A stretch of DNA of 64,000 nt from the human T2T-CHM13v2.0 reference genome, Homo sapiens. Numbering within the stretch: position 1 is the stretch's first letter; each line of letters starts with the position of its first letter. Under the pieces are notes generated by a model that saw only the letters and a list, made by a program, of their open reading frames with translations, was not told the DNA's origin and searched no databases. Made by a program: the position numbers and the translations under genes. Shown one piece after another: positions 39,422 to 55,762 of this stretch. The DNA lies in assembly GCF_009914755.1 (NCBI RefSeq), contig NC_060929.1; one strand, given 5' to 3'.

Positions 39422-39685
39422 TTACAAGTTATACTGGCAGTTATTGAAGATACTTAAGATCCAAGAACTTCTTGCTTTTATGCTAGAAATCATTATGATA
39501 GTGCTGGACACTGAAGCAAATACCATACTGCTTATACTTGGTCTTCCAGTTTTTTGTAAATTTAATTTTATATTTTTTGAAGATGATAGCAATATGCTAA
39601 AAAATGCTTGTCCCCTATATGAATATTCTGTTACGCTTGAAAAATATTTTCTCCAGCGTTGGTTACTGACCACCCCACCCTCCCA

Positions 39686-39686
<1 letters not shown>

Positions 39687-39742
<56 letters not shown>
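39687..39742 (+). repeat. (CA)28 microsatellite in the UBLCP1 3'UTR
   Basis: 56-nt perfect CA run. Confidence 0.97.
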
Positions 39743-39744
<2 letters not shown>

Positions 39745-40513
39745 GTGGAGAAAAATGTATACTCAACAATGTCATTTTGTGACTTTGGAAACAAGTTATG
39801 TTTTGTGTTTTTGTCTCATTGTGTTATTGTCTGACTAAATCTAAAACCAAACCCATGTTGAAACTAGTACTTTTCCCTTTAAAAACAAACCAAAAAAAAA
39901 AACAAAAAAAAACTTTTTAATTAAAGAACCTAGTTTGCTATGCTTAAAATTACCAAGAATTTTTTATTTCTTTGTCATAGACACAATTTCTCTTCTGTAT
40001 GCCACTAGTTACATTTCTAAATTCTGAGCGGTCTCAGTTAGGCCTGTATGTGTGTACATGTCCAAGTAAAGCTGGAAAATGTCAGTCTTGACACAGCTGT
40101 GTCTTAGTATGAGAAACAGAAGACTGAAGAATAAAAACTAAGGAACAAGAATGAGTCTCTTTTTGGTGGCTAAGTAGAATCTTCCTAAAACCATTGTCAT
40201 AAAAGCAGTTAAAGGCAATAAATTTTTAAAAGGGACATATCACTGATTCATTCCTAAAAAGCATGAACAAAAAGTTTTTGTTCTGTTCCAGCTATATCTT
40301 GTCTAAGTGCTAACACTGTTTCAGTGAAAATATCTAGCCATAAGATTAAAAAAATATATTATTTGCAATGCTTAAGCCTGCAGATACGTAATGTGACCAC
40401 TGTTTTGTGTTGACAATATTGCTTTATACAGTTCTTGTATTTGAAAGGAATTGATCCTTTTAAAGAAACATGGTGTATATTGTTCTTACAGGACTAATTT
40501 CAGTGGTGTAAAT

Positions 40514-40519
40514 AATAAA
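40514..40519 (+). terminator. UBLCP1: Probable main polyadenylation signal of UBLCP1
   Basis: AATAAA with upstream TGTA motifs and downstream T/GT-rich sequence. Confidence 0.7.
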
Positions 40520-41957
40520 TATCTTTTCTTAAAACATTCGTTATCTGTTCTATATTACCACATATATTTTACCTCTTTGTTGAATGACAAAATGAACATT
40601 ATATTCAGGCAAGGATCTCTTGCAAAAACTTAAATGTGTATGGTGATGTTAAAGGTGTGTATATCACTATTTATACATTCAGGAGTAGTTTTAGCAGCTA
40701 ATCAGATACATAAAATTACTTAATTCTAATAAGTACCTTTTTTCAGAAATATATACTATTTTCTTTGTGACAGGTTTTGAGGATATACAGTGCAGAAGAG
40801 TTTGAGGACTCTAAAGTGATTCAATTAAAATATATTAATTATGAAGTAAAATTTAAATATTTAAGGATAGAACAGAAATTTTAGAGTATTCATTTTTCAT
40901 TGGTACATTTTTCCCACTGTAAAAGACAACTTATTCCAAAGTACGCACGGAAAGGGCTTAATCTTCTCAAGAAAATGGAACACTTAAACTATTAACATAG
41001 GTCAAGAACGGGCAGACATTTTCGAAATCAGTATAAACTAAAATACAAAAGTTAGCAAATCACAGGGAGCAAAGTAGAATTTTACAAAAACATATTCTGC
41101 CATTAGGTGGTGCCCAAACCAAAGCTTCTTAGCTGCTGTGCTTAATTAAGCCACTCCGGAGAACATTGTCATTGAGCTTGTTGAGATAACGTGCTATATG
41201 TGATTAATACCATTATAGAGTGTGGGAGTTTTCATTTGTCTTCTGCATCTCATGGCTTATTGAACAGCTCCATCTCTATATATCTATGTGTGTGGCACAC
41301 ACAATTGAATCAATAGATCACTTAATTTGGATGCATATTTTGGTGAAACCACAAATTATTTTTATCAGATACATGTGTTAAGCATTAAAACAGTATTATA
41401 CGAAGTATATTTAGCCTAAAAACTACAGAACATCAGTAAATCTTTGATTCAGAGGGAAGTTTCTAATTTCCCCTCAGGTCTTTGTTACCGAAATCAGTTA
41501 TTGGACTAATGATACCTATAGCAGCTCTTCAGTGTAAAAGGTAAGGAATGGAAAAACAGGTTGTTACAGTAAGCAACTGAAACTTATTCTTTATTCATGG
41601 AAAGTAAAATAGTTCCTTGAGAGGAAGAGGAACTACAGGATAGGGACTGGGAAAAAAGGATATGCAAAAAAACGCAGATTAGTTGCATTTTAGGTTATTG
41701 CTTGGTTTTTAGGTATTAATAACAATTGGGTGGTCAGAATGGTAATAAAACATGAATAATAAACGGTTGAGTTTTCTCATCCCAAGTACTCAACAGAGCT
41801 CTCTCAAGGGACGAACTGTTATGGTCTCCAATGAAGTATTTTACATCAAAATTCAATCTTCTTATGAACTAGCCCAAGAAATGTCTGTGAAGATTAAATG
41901 CTTAGATATTTATGTAAAGATTTAGTTTTGCTACGTGAGTCTTGGTGAGACATCTGA

Positions 41958-42560
41958 ATATTTTAAATTTTTAATTGACAGTTGTTTATGGGGTACAATA
42001 TAGTGTTTTGATACATATATCCAATGTGGAATGATTGAATCAGGCTAATTAGCATATTCACCTCAAATATTTATCATTTCCTGGTAGTGAAAACATTTTA
42101 AATCCTCTTTTTTAGCTGTTTTGAAGTATACGTTATTATTAACTGTAGTCACTATGCTGTGCAATAGATCACCAGAATGTATTCCTCTTATTAAACTGAA
42201 ACTTTGTACTCTTTGACCAACATCTCATCTTTCCCCATCCACCACCACCGCCCTCCCCAACCTCTGGTAACCGCTTTTACTCTCTGCTTCTGTGAGTTTG
42301 ACTTTTTAGATTTCTACGTATAAGTGAGATAGTATTGTGTCTCTCTGTACCTGGCTTATTTCATTTAGCATAATGTCCTTTAGCTTCATTCATGTCACAA
42401 ATGACAGAATTTCCTGAGTTTTTTAAGGCTGAATAGTATTCATATATATATACACCATATTTTAAAAATCCATTCATCCCTTGATAAGTACTTTGTTTTT
42501 TTCTATATCTTGGCTATTGTAAATAATGCTGCAGTGATCCTGGGATTGCAGGCATCTCTT
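41958..42560 (-). mobile_element. L1MA-type 3' end fragment
   Basis: Antisense L1 3'UTR hallmarks (ggcttatttcatttagcataatgtcc, aaggctgaatagtattc). Confidence 0.88.
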
Positions 42561-45500
42561 CAGAGTGCTTAGTGTTTAAATCTTAAGAGAATCTTTTTGT
42601 AATCAGTTTCATAGATTTAGCAAAGACTTCTGAGAAATTAGTGCCTTATAAGAACTGAAATCAATACGAAGCATCCTGTAGGGCTAAAAATGGTGTCAGT
42701 TATCTAGTAATGTCAATGAGCTTCCATGTAAAGTGTTTAAAATCTTGCACACCTCCCACATTAATAATTTCGTAAAAACACTTTGGAAGTAAGCAAGCAC
42801 TTAAATGCAAACATAAGGATATTTCCTGATATGAACTGTTACTCATTAAAATGCTGGTTTGCTTCCAAAAAGCTTTAAAAGCTGAACTTACAGCTTTTAA
42901 GAACATTTGTAAACAGTAGAAACAAAACCTTAAAAATATCAAAAACAAAGACTGCTAAGCTTTAATGATGTTTCCATAAACCAATATGGCTATGATGAAC
43001 ACACATTAGTGTATGTGTATAATTTGTTACACTAAAGGCCAAACTGATGACTTTTCAGGAATCTAGAGGTAAATCAATTATTTAATTGAATACAAATCCC
43101 TCTTACTTTTATTCCCAGTTCTTAATTCTCTGGAGCACTGATTGCTATCACTTCTTGTTGGATAATCTGTGAGGAGAACTGCTGTAGCTTCCTAAATAAG
43201 GCTTTTGAAAGAGCCAGTGGTTTGTCAGAAAAACATGTGACTAAAATCCCTCTTTATTGGCAACAGGACCTTGGGCAAGTCACTTCAACTCATTTAACTT
43301 TTGCTTCCTTCTACTTAAAAAAATTCTGCACCTGTCTGCCTTTCCCATAGGCTGTGGCAAAGTCAAATGAGACAGTTCCCATGGAAGGACTTGGAAGCAG
43401 CAAAGGCTTATATGAATGTCAGATGTTAAAAGTAGCACAGAGCATGTTGCTATCATCGAGCCCTATCATTCCTGAAATATAGTTACCAAAAGTGAAATCT
43501 TAAAAGGAAGACTTTTCTTGATAATTTTACAAATACTATCTTGGTTTTCCTAAGATTTCTAAATAATCAAGGAAAGGAGAATAAGGAAACCTCTGAAGAC
43601 CTAGATCTTTTGGTAAGTATCCAGCTGCTTTTACGTCTGCAAATTCCATTTAGTATTGGTTTGGACTGGAAGTCCAGCTGTCCCTCTCCCTCCACCCCCA
43701 ACCTTAAAGTGACTATGACTGAACCTTAACAGCATTATAATACCTTTTTTATAGTGAAATATTTACATGATTTTAATCTTCTAACTTTGGAAATCAATTG
43801 TTCCCAGATAGAAGCTTGCTTATTTTGCCATGCCATGTAAAAATGAAAAGTCATTCAAAAGCAATGAGTTTTAAAACTTTTTTTCTTGTAAAGATATGCT
43901 AAGGTGTAAACATTCATGGGTTTTGTTTGTTTGTTTGTTTTTTCTGACAAGTTTGGCAGAATAAACCATGCAGGAAGCAGGCAGTCAACATTTAATGTAT
44001 ATTTATTAGTTCCTACTATATCTGAGGCACTGTTCTTCAAGGGTTAAACACAAGATTTTTCTACCCTCACAGAGCTTATATTTGAGTGAGGGAAACAATG
44101 AAGAAACAAGATAATTTCAAATAGAGGTCCTATAAAAATATAATAATATGAGAGAAAATGATGGTGATTCACATTACATGACCTAAGGTGGGAAGATGGA
44201 ATTTGAGCTGAGATCTGAATGAAAGCCACCATTTGGAATGTGCAGAGAGAGGATGTGGAAATCTTAAGGGGCAAATAAAAGGAAGAAATGAAAAAAAGTA
44301 CAAAAGTATGGAGAAGAATATTGTGGAAGGCAGGATCAAGCTAGGCAGATTCAGGTAAGAGTGGGAGGTAAGCTGTGGCCTGGTGTGAGGTGAGGTTGGA
44401 GAGGCAGGCAGAGCCCGTGGGAAAGGTAGGATGTTGTACATCACCATAAGCAGTCTGGCGAATTCTACGTGAAATGTCAGGAACCAGTGAAGGGTGTTAA
44501 GCATAGAATGACAATCTAATTTTTTTTAACAGCCTTATTGAGATAGAATTTACATATCACAAATTTACCCATTTGAAGTGTGCAGTTCAATGGTTTTTAG
44601 TGTATTTAGAGAGCTGTACAACCATCACTGTAAGCTAATTTTAGAACCTGATTTATTTTTAAAAGGATCATTCCGGTTCTTGTGTGAGAATGGGTTATCG
44701 AAGGGCAAAAGTAGAAAGGACAAGACTCATTAGGAGATGAGAGATGTTCAATGTGACCAGGAGAAGGTATGCATTTCTTCACTCCCTTGTAGCATCATCT
44801 TCCAGCTACCTATTGAGCCCCTGTGCTATACCAGGCCACGTGTGAGGTGCCACATCTTCCATGGTAAAGAAGACAGATATGACCCCTGCCCTATGGGAGC
44901 ATGCAGCTGCAAGACTGTGTGCACCACAAACTTAGCCCTTCCAGCTTTACCACTGGGTAAGTGATGTGATTTGAAGAATAGAGAACTCAATATATCAAAG
45001 TCAGCATATGACAAATATTTCTCACCCACCTATGCCCACAGTGAAAAAGCCCCCTGTGATTCCACCCAACCCTTCTGCCCAGAGGCTAGACCCAGGATTA
45101 AGTGTCCAGCTTGGGCATGCATGGCCTATGCCAGCAGGGGCACAGCAGAGGTCTGCACACATAGGAAGATAGATCAAAGGCCCCCTTCCATTTCTCCTCT
45201 CCAGAGTGTTCCAGTAAGAACATCCCCTTCTAGCTATTTCACACATGGACAACCAAGAAATAGTCATTTACAGAACATTTTGCATTTGTACAATTTCACT
45301 CGTTATTTCTCCCCCAGTACCTAATGGGGGCTGCAGCGTGTACTCTGTTCGTGGTTAAATTCTGCTGCCAGAAGTTTCCTCCAGCTCCTGATGCCCCGAA
45401 CCCCTCCCTCCAGCATTCCTGTGGCTCATCTTGCAAACTGATTCAAAGGTGCTTTGTTGCAATCTGATCTTTCAGGACACATACTGCTATAAAGCTTTTG

Positions 45501-45645
45501 AAATTTTAGTCAGAGCAAAAAACAAAAGCAAAAATATAAGCCTAAACATCCCCTGAGGGGAAAATAATGAAGGAGCTCTTAAGCACTATTGCAGATAATG
45601 CTTAATTTTAAGAAGACATGTTTTTTTTTAAAAGAATGTGGACTA

Positions 45646-47337
45646 CTTCCTGGTTTAGACTTGGAAGGGTGTACGTGTCCAGAAATTTATCTATTTCTTC
45701 TAGATTTTCTAGTTTATTTACATAGAGGTGTTTCTAGTATTCTCTGATGGTAGTCTGTATATCTGTTTTGGTACCAGTACCATGCTGTTTTGGTTACTGT
45801 AGCCTTGTAGTATAGTTTGAAGTCAGGTAGCGTGATGCATCCAGTTTTGTTCTTTTTGCTTAGGATTGTCTTGGCTATGCAGGCTCTTTTTTGATTTCAT
45901 ATGAAATTTAAAGTAGTTTTTTCTAATTCTGTGAAGAAAGTCAATCGTAGCTTGATGGGGGTAGCATTGAATCTATAAATTACTTTGGGCAGTATGGCCA
46001 TTTTCATGAGACTGATTCTTCCTATCCATGAGCATGGAATGTTTTTCCATTTGTTTGTGTCCTCTCTTATTTCCTTGAGCAGTGGTTTGTAGTTCTCCTT
46101 GAAGAGGTCCTTCACATCCCTTGTAAGTTGTATTCCTAGGTATTTTATTCTCTTTGTAGCAATTGTGAATGGGAGTTCACTCATGATTTGGCTCTCTGTT
46201 TGACTATTATTGGTGTATAGGAATGCTTGTGATTTTTGCACATTGATTTTGTATCCTGAGACTTTGCTGAAGTTGCTTATCAGCTTAAGGAGATTTTGGA
46301 CTGAGAAGATGGGGTTTTCTAAATAGACAGTCATATTATCTGAAAACAGAAACAATTTGACTTCCTCTCTTCCTATTTGAATACCCTCTATTTCTTTCTC
46401 TTGCCTGATTTCCCGGGCCAGAACTTCCAATACTATGTTGAATAGGAGTGGTGAGAGAGGGCATCCTTGTCTTGTGCCAGATTTCAAATGGAATGCCTCC
46501 AGTTTTTTCCCATTCAGTATGATATGGGCTGTGGGTTTGTCATAAATAGCTCTTATTATTTTGAGATACATTCCATCAATACCTAGTTTGTTGAGAGTTT
46601 TCAGCATGAAGGGTTGTTGAATTTTGTCGAAGGCCTTTTCTGCATCTATTGAGATAATCACGTGTTTTTGTCCTTGGTTCTGTTTATGTGATGGATTACG
46701 TTTATTGATTTGCATATGTTGAACCTGCCTTGCATCCCAGGGATGAAGCCGACTTGATCATGGTGGATAAGCTTTTTGATGTGCTGCTGGATTCGGTTTG
46801 CCAGTATTTTATTGAGGATTTTCACATCGACGTTCATCAGGGATACTGGCCTGAAATTTTCTTTTTTTGGTGTGTTTCTGCCAGGTTTTGGTATCAGGGT
46901 GATGCTGGCCTCATAAAATAAGTTAGGGAGGATTCCCTCTTTTTCTATAGTTTGGAATAGTTTCAGAAGGAACGGTACCACCTCCTCTTTGTACCTCTGG
47001 TAGAATTTGGGTGTGAATCCATCTGGTCCTGAACTTTTTTGCTTGGTAGGCTATTAATTACTGCCTCAATTTCAGAACTTGTTATTGGCCTGTCTAGGGA
47101 TTTGACTTCTTCCTTGTTTAGTCTTGGGAGGGTATATGTGGACACATAGACACAGGGAGGGGAACATCACACACTGGGGCCTGTCAGAGGGTGAAAGGCT
47201 AGGGGAGGGATAGCATTAGGAGAAATACCTAATGTAGATGTCAGGTTGATGGGTGCAGCAAACCACCATGGCACGTGTATACCTATGTAATAAACCTGGA
47301 AGTTCTGCACATGTACCCCATAACTTATAATAATAAG
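45646..47337. mobile_element. L1PA element, 5'-truncated with inverted and permuted ORF2 (RT) segments and a sense 3' end
   Basis: Minus-strand ORFs 45897-47145 are L1 ORF2p RT ([23 protein letters not shown]); sense 3'UTR 47141-47337; 14-bp TSD aagaatgtggacta / aagaaagtggacta. Confidence 0.95.
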
Positions 47338-47480
47338 AAGAAAGTGGACTAAATATTCTTTATTTTCCCTTAGTTGGTTCTTTGCTCAAAGAAAAATTTG
47401 CATCATTGTTTTGGTGGATTTGGTAGACCTGTTTAATTAATGTCAGACCTAATGGTTTAAAAGATCTTGGAGCAAAAAGG

Positions 47481-48100
47481 TGTAATACCTTTTCCTCACT
47501 CATTTTGAGGTCCACAGCCAACATTTCTATAGGAAATACAGGTTAGCAAGAGAAAAGCATAACAAACTCAATCAAGTTTCATGTGACACTGGAGCCTTCA
47601 GAAATGAAGGCCCAAAGACCCAGGGAAAATTGCATTTTTATGCTTAGGTTCAATGAAGAATGGACAGCCATGTAGAAATGTGATTGGACAAAAAGGTTAT
47701 GCTCTAACGGTAATAAACAGCGGACCCCAGCAAGGCCTGTTTGTTCGGATTCTTCTTGGCCTCTTCATACGGGATTTTTTCCCTGCTGGGTGTGGGGCAA
47801 GACCCTTCTGGAATGAGGGTCTTATGGCCTATTTTCAGAGGAGGTAGGTCAGAGAATGACCTCTCGAGGTTTTACGGCTTGCTTCGGGAGAGAGGGGTTC
47901 TAGTTTCTATGACCCGCTTTGGAGAAGAGGGATCCTCATTCCCATGACCTGCTTGGGAGGAAAACGGGAGAAGGAGAAAGGAGTGTGGAGAAGGCCAAAG
48001 GGAACTTCTTGCTTCCGAGGTCCTTCCCATCTTTTACAGTTCAAAGTACTCAGCATGCCAAAGTGTCATGCTTTGGAGTATAGTGTTCCGAGCCTTAACA
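47481..48100 (-). mobile_element. ERV1 solo LTR (MER34/MER39-like)
   Basis: TG...CA ends; reverse strand starts tgttaaggctcggaacactatactccaaagcatgacactttggcatgctgag. Confidence 0.7.
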
Positions 48101-48879
48101 ATCTTTAATAGCTATACATGATTATTTTTATTTTTATGGGCAATTTCTATTTGTTTAAGAAATACAATTTTTTTTTCATTACATGTAATCTCACCACCCA
48201 CAGGTAACAATGGTTTACATTGTGATATACATCCCTCTGGGCTTTTTTCTATGCCTATGTGTACTGATAAAATATATGTGCAAAAATGGATAGGTATGTC
48301 TCAGTGGCTCTCTGTGCTTAAATTAGTCCAAATGGTTATTGTTAGATGCATATAGTTGAAAGCCTCAGGAAGCAAAGACTGTATGTCTATTTTTTTTGTA
48401 TTCTTCCCAGGTACATAGTAAGCCTTTGAACTTGATAGATATATGATCAACCTGAGTTGAATTAACAAATGAATGTATAAACAGACAAGCCATAAAACAG
48501 GTACTTATTTAATGTCACTATTTTAATAACATTTGCTTCTTTAAATGCTTCCCTCTGTGATGAGAGTAATGACAAATATATAACACATATTTATTTCCCT
48601 TTTCTTTTTGCATCCTGGCTTATTGATTTTTCAGTCTACCATTTAGGAGGATATATTGATATAAGGAAAATATTTTTATGACAGCTTATTACAAGAGAAA
48701 ATTTTAAAATTCTGGTTACTGATGTAATGTTGGATGGGTGAACTACTATAGCTTTATGTCTCCACGATGTATGAGGGATATTTTCATTCATCTCTTAAAT
48801 GCATTCTGCCTTTAGTGTAATAGTCAATTGATTCATGTAGTTTACAAATGCTTTCACAAGAGAATAATAGAAGGGCACA

Positions 48880-49194
<315 letters not shown>

Positions 49195-49791
49195 CTAAAT
49201 GCCATAGTTATTTATCATAAATTGTTATTCTCTGAGAATTCTGGGAGCTTGAGATTATCGTCCATCCTGGTTAATAGGACACTGGTAGGTGTTATGCTGG
49301 TGCTGTCGAGCAGCAAATCATTTAAAGCCAAGTGCTACAATTTGCTGGCTGCCATCCAGTTCACTGAGTAACTAACTAAGCAGTCACACATCCAACCCCA
49401 CAGTGGGGTGCTGTGAACATGTATGGAAGCCCCATATCTTCAAGGAGGTCCTACCAGGACCACAGGTTACTAAAACTTCTCCGATAGTGCCCACGGTGAA
49501 CCCGTATTATTGTTCCTCTATCAGGTAGCTCAATATATATGAAAAGATAGTGGAATCTGCTAGGTGATACAGGTGAGGGAAGATCCTTTGATTTGAGTTG
49601 ATGACAGGAATTCAGCTGAGTCATGTTTTAGGATGCAGGCTCATACCTAGAACCATCTTGAAAGTACCATCTGGGAGCAAGAGGGCAGGGCATGGATGCC
49701 CTGTTGAACATGGGCTTTGAGGCGAACAGACCTGGGATGGATATCTAGTCCCAGAGTCGTGTGGGATCTAGGGCTAGAAACTTCACCTTCC

Positions 49792-50365
49792 TGTATTAGT
49801 TTTCTATTGCTGCATAACCAGTTACCACATAGCTGGTGTCTTATAATCACACATTTATTATCTTGTAGCTTCAACAGTCAGGATCAGCTTAGCTGGATCC
49901 TCTGTTCAGGGTCTCACAAGCCTGCAATCAAGGTGTCGGCCAGGGTTGTGTCCATCTGAAAGCTTGACTGGGCAAGAATCTGCTTCCAGACTCCTGTGGA
50001 TTGTTGGCAGACTTCAGTTCCTTGAGGTCATGTGACTGAACGTATGTCTGAAGCCTGTGCCTTGTTGTCAGTTTTAGCTGCCCTGAGGTTCCCATGATCC
50101 TTGCCACATGAGCAAGGATCCTTGCCACATGAACCTCTAATATGGCTGCTTTCCTACCTCAAGAGAGTTTCTGACTCCAGTATGCTGAAATGGAGTTGTC
50201 TTGCATTGCGTGAAATAATTATGGAAGTGACATCTCATCACGTTTGCCATATTCTCTTAGAGTCAAGTGACAGGTCCCACCTACACTCAGGAGAGGGGAT
50301 TACACAAATGTGTGAACAGCAGAAGGTAGAAACATTGAGGGTTATGGTACAGTCTGTTTGCCACA
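49792..50365 (-). mobile_element. MaLR LTR (MLT1 family)
   Basis: tgtattagttttctattgctgcataac...gtctgtttgccaca. Confidence 0.8.
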
Positions 50366-51534
50366 ATCCCTGAATCCATTCTTTAAAAAGTTGGTAGAAA
50401 AATACCTACTTTAGAGGGTTGTTATGTGAATTCAAAACAAGATAACATATATCGAGTGTTTACGTGGTACCTGGCACATAGTGAGCATTCAATAAATGTC
50501 ACTGATGATGGTAAAGATGATAATCATGGTGATAACCAGTGGATATCCTGATAAATGCCTATAATCTCCTTAAATCATATATGTCTTTCTAAGGACTCAC
50601 CACAATATGAGGAATTTCAAGTTTTGAACTTGACTCTCTCAAAGGATAATGGTCAACTCAGTTATCTACATGACATGGAGAGGAGGGTGATGGAATTGAT
50701 TATCTAAGGCAGGATATAATTCAGGAAAATATCTAACTTGACTTTGTAATAAAGATTTTTTCTTTCCCTGATTGTTCTGCACACACATATTATTCCATAT
50801 CACAGAGGTATGCTAATTACCCTAATTTATTTACTTTCTCCCCATTGATGGACTCTTAGTTTGAATCTAATTTTTACTATTACCAGCAATGCTGCAGAGG
50901 ACATCCTTCTAGACATATTCTTATGCTCTTTTGTGTTTTTGTAGGAAAAAGTTGTACAGCCATTTATAGACAGCTTATTACATATCCGACATTGTGTTAT
51001 GTGCCAGGTGAATAAGATATATATGGTTCCTTCCCTCATGGAGCTCACAGCCATTAAAATTACATGTATTAAAAGAATAATTTTGAGTATGGGGTGTATA
51101 TTATAGGAGGACATAACATAGTAGGGAGGAGGGAGAGGTGAGGTCACACCCAAGCACAGGAAGATAAGCAAGATTTTGAGGTCAAATGAGAAGAGTTAGG
51201 CCATCTCTAGAAAAGAAGTGAAATCTTAGGATCTGGGGAATCAGAACTTGGACAACATTGGAGCCAAGTTCCTGGGATCTTGAAATTACTCTTAAAAAAT
51301 TCACATGTACAAATCTCAGACTGTTAATTCAGAAATAAGATTGTATTTTTCTATTAGAAAAATTATTTTAAGATCCCTTATTTTTCTGAGTAGCAGAAAC
51401 TTAACCTTCGTCAATATGAGGTTTCCTGTCTTTTTCCCAGTGTTGGGTCTAAGCACTGGGGTCTTACATCATGCCAAGACATTCGGTATATGGAATTGAG
51501 ATGAAGAGGTATCTGGTCTTTAGTAGTCACCTAG

Positions 51535-54136
<2,602 letters not shown>

Positions 54137-54787
54137 CTAGTCATGCTGGCATCTGCTAAGATCTCCAAAATCTGCCCTGGACCTTGGCCACTGATCCACA
54201 TAGGTCACTGCTACACCATCCCTTGTTCTAAGTCAGGTCGATGAATGTTCCTTGTTACATCTATACTTCTGCTGAATGCATAGAATTCCTGTGCTTCCCT
54301 CAACCCTAGGACATTAAGTGGAGCTAAAACCCTGTGGTACTTCAGAGCCACTCTTAGCAGAATAAAGTCATCTTTTTGTCATCACTCTGTGCTGAGTTAA
54401 GGGGAAACTCTTGCAAGGCTGTTTAGGTTCCCTCTGTCTAGGCACATCCTGCAGTCATTTCTTCTCTGAGGTTGTGGCACCTCTTTTAGGCTCTGCCAGG
54501 GAAGAGAGACACACATTACTTTGCTCTGTAATCCCATAAACCTTCATGTTGTTCTCCAGGGGTTCCTTTCTGGGCTCACTTTTCCCTCATACATTCTCTC
54601 TTCCTCAATTCTGGAAGAACTTAATTTAATTGGTGGGGAAGGATAGAAAACTTTGATATAATGCATCACTTTGATCTAACTCATCACATATGTTCTCAAA
54701 TTTATTGCCTGGTTTCCAAGATTCAAAATCTGAGAGCAGGAGGCCCCTTTCAGGGCCCTTTTGCCCCACTGCCCCCTCCCCCAAGCA

Positions 54788-55584
54788 TGGAAATAAAGGA
54801 AAATTTTGAGTCCTCTCAAGGGAAATTCCAGGCACTTGGCTAGCCTTGAGAAATAAATGAGCAACCTGATAAGCAAAAAGGTAATAATAACTTAAAACAA
54901 TAGCCACCCAAGTAAGTTAGAGACACAGATATTTGGTTCCCTATAAAAACTAAAGATAACATCTTGACATATGTCCCTGAGTTATTTTTCAGAAACGCAG
55001 ACTCCCACCAGATGGAAAATGTTACATAGGCTGTCACACAGACTGAACTCTGACTGCCATTCCTTGTTCTAATTTTCTTCCTGAGGGGCCTGAAGAAAGT
55101 CATGCACACAGTCCAAACCTGAACATTCCTTTCTGTGGACCCCAAGTTTTTAAGACACAGCTTTATTTTCTTAACCAATTGCAAATCAAAGAATCACTGA
55201 ATCTATTTATGACCTATAAGCCCTGGCTTCAACATATCCTCCTGCCTTTTTGAGCCAAACCAATGTATAACCTCCATGTATTGATTTACAATTTTGCCTA
55301 TAACTTCTGCTTTCCAGAAATGTACCCCTGCCCTTAAAATCTCTTGCTGATAAGCCATGGGGAGTTTGGGCCTTAAGCATTATCTGACCAATTCTCCTTG
55401 CTTGGTATCCTACAATAAATCCTTTTCTTTCTCTCATTGAACATCTTTTTTTATAATTAATGAATAATTTATTTTGTTTTTGTTGCTGCTGTTTACCTAC
55501 AGCTGTTTATCTCACAGCAAATCTTGATGTCAGCATTTGGCTTTGCTGTGCCAAGTGAGCAGACCCAAGTTCAGTTCAATAACA
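54788..55584 (+). mobile_element. ERV1 (MER4-group) solo LTR
   Basis: CCAAT boxes, TATA-like ccttaaaa, aataaa, U5 end cagacccaagttcagttcaataaca; subfamily uncertain. Confidence 0.7.
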
Positions 55585-55762
55585 AATCCAAAAGCCTTTG
55601 TTCTCTGCTATTCTTTGAGTTATCTATTCCTTGAGGCAATGAATGACTGAATGGGGGTAGGGATGCAGAGGAAGACCAAGAGGTACAAAAAATATATAGA
55701 AAATTTTTAAAAAATATTTTACAATTATTTACCAACTACAAATAGCACTTTTTATTTATTAG

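Larger units (their letters stand above)
39422..40535 (+). other. UBLCP1: UBLCP1 3'UTR (end approximate)
   Basis: AT-rich sequence after the stop, with AATAAA at 40130, 40217 and 40514. Confidence 0.75.

Noticed and set aside
39422-39782. ORFs with poly-HT and poly-CV tracts
   Set aside because: Artefacts of translating the (CA)28 repeat in the 3'UTR.
41472-41795. Possible LTR starting tgttaccgaaa and ending actcaaca
   Set aside because: No TSD and no family I can confidently recognise.
45897-46981. 272-aa reverse-transcriptase ORF as an active or novel RT system
   Set aside because: Ordinary L1 ORF2p fragment: truncated, inverted, frameshifted, with the catalytic FADD motif degraded to FSDN.
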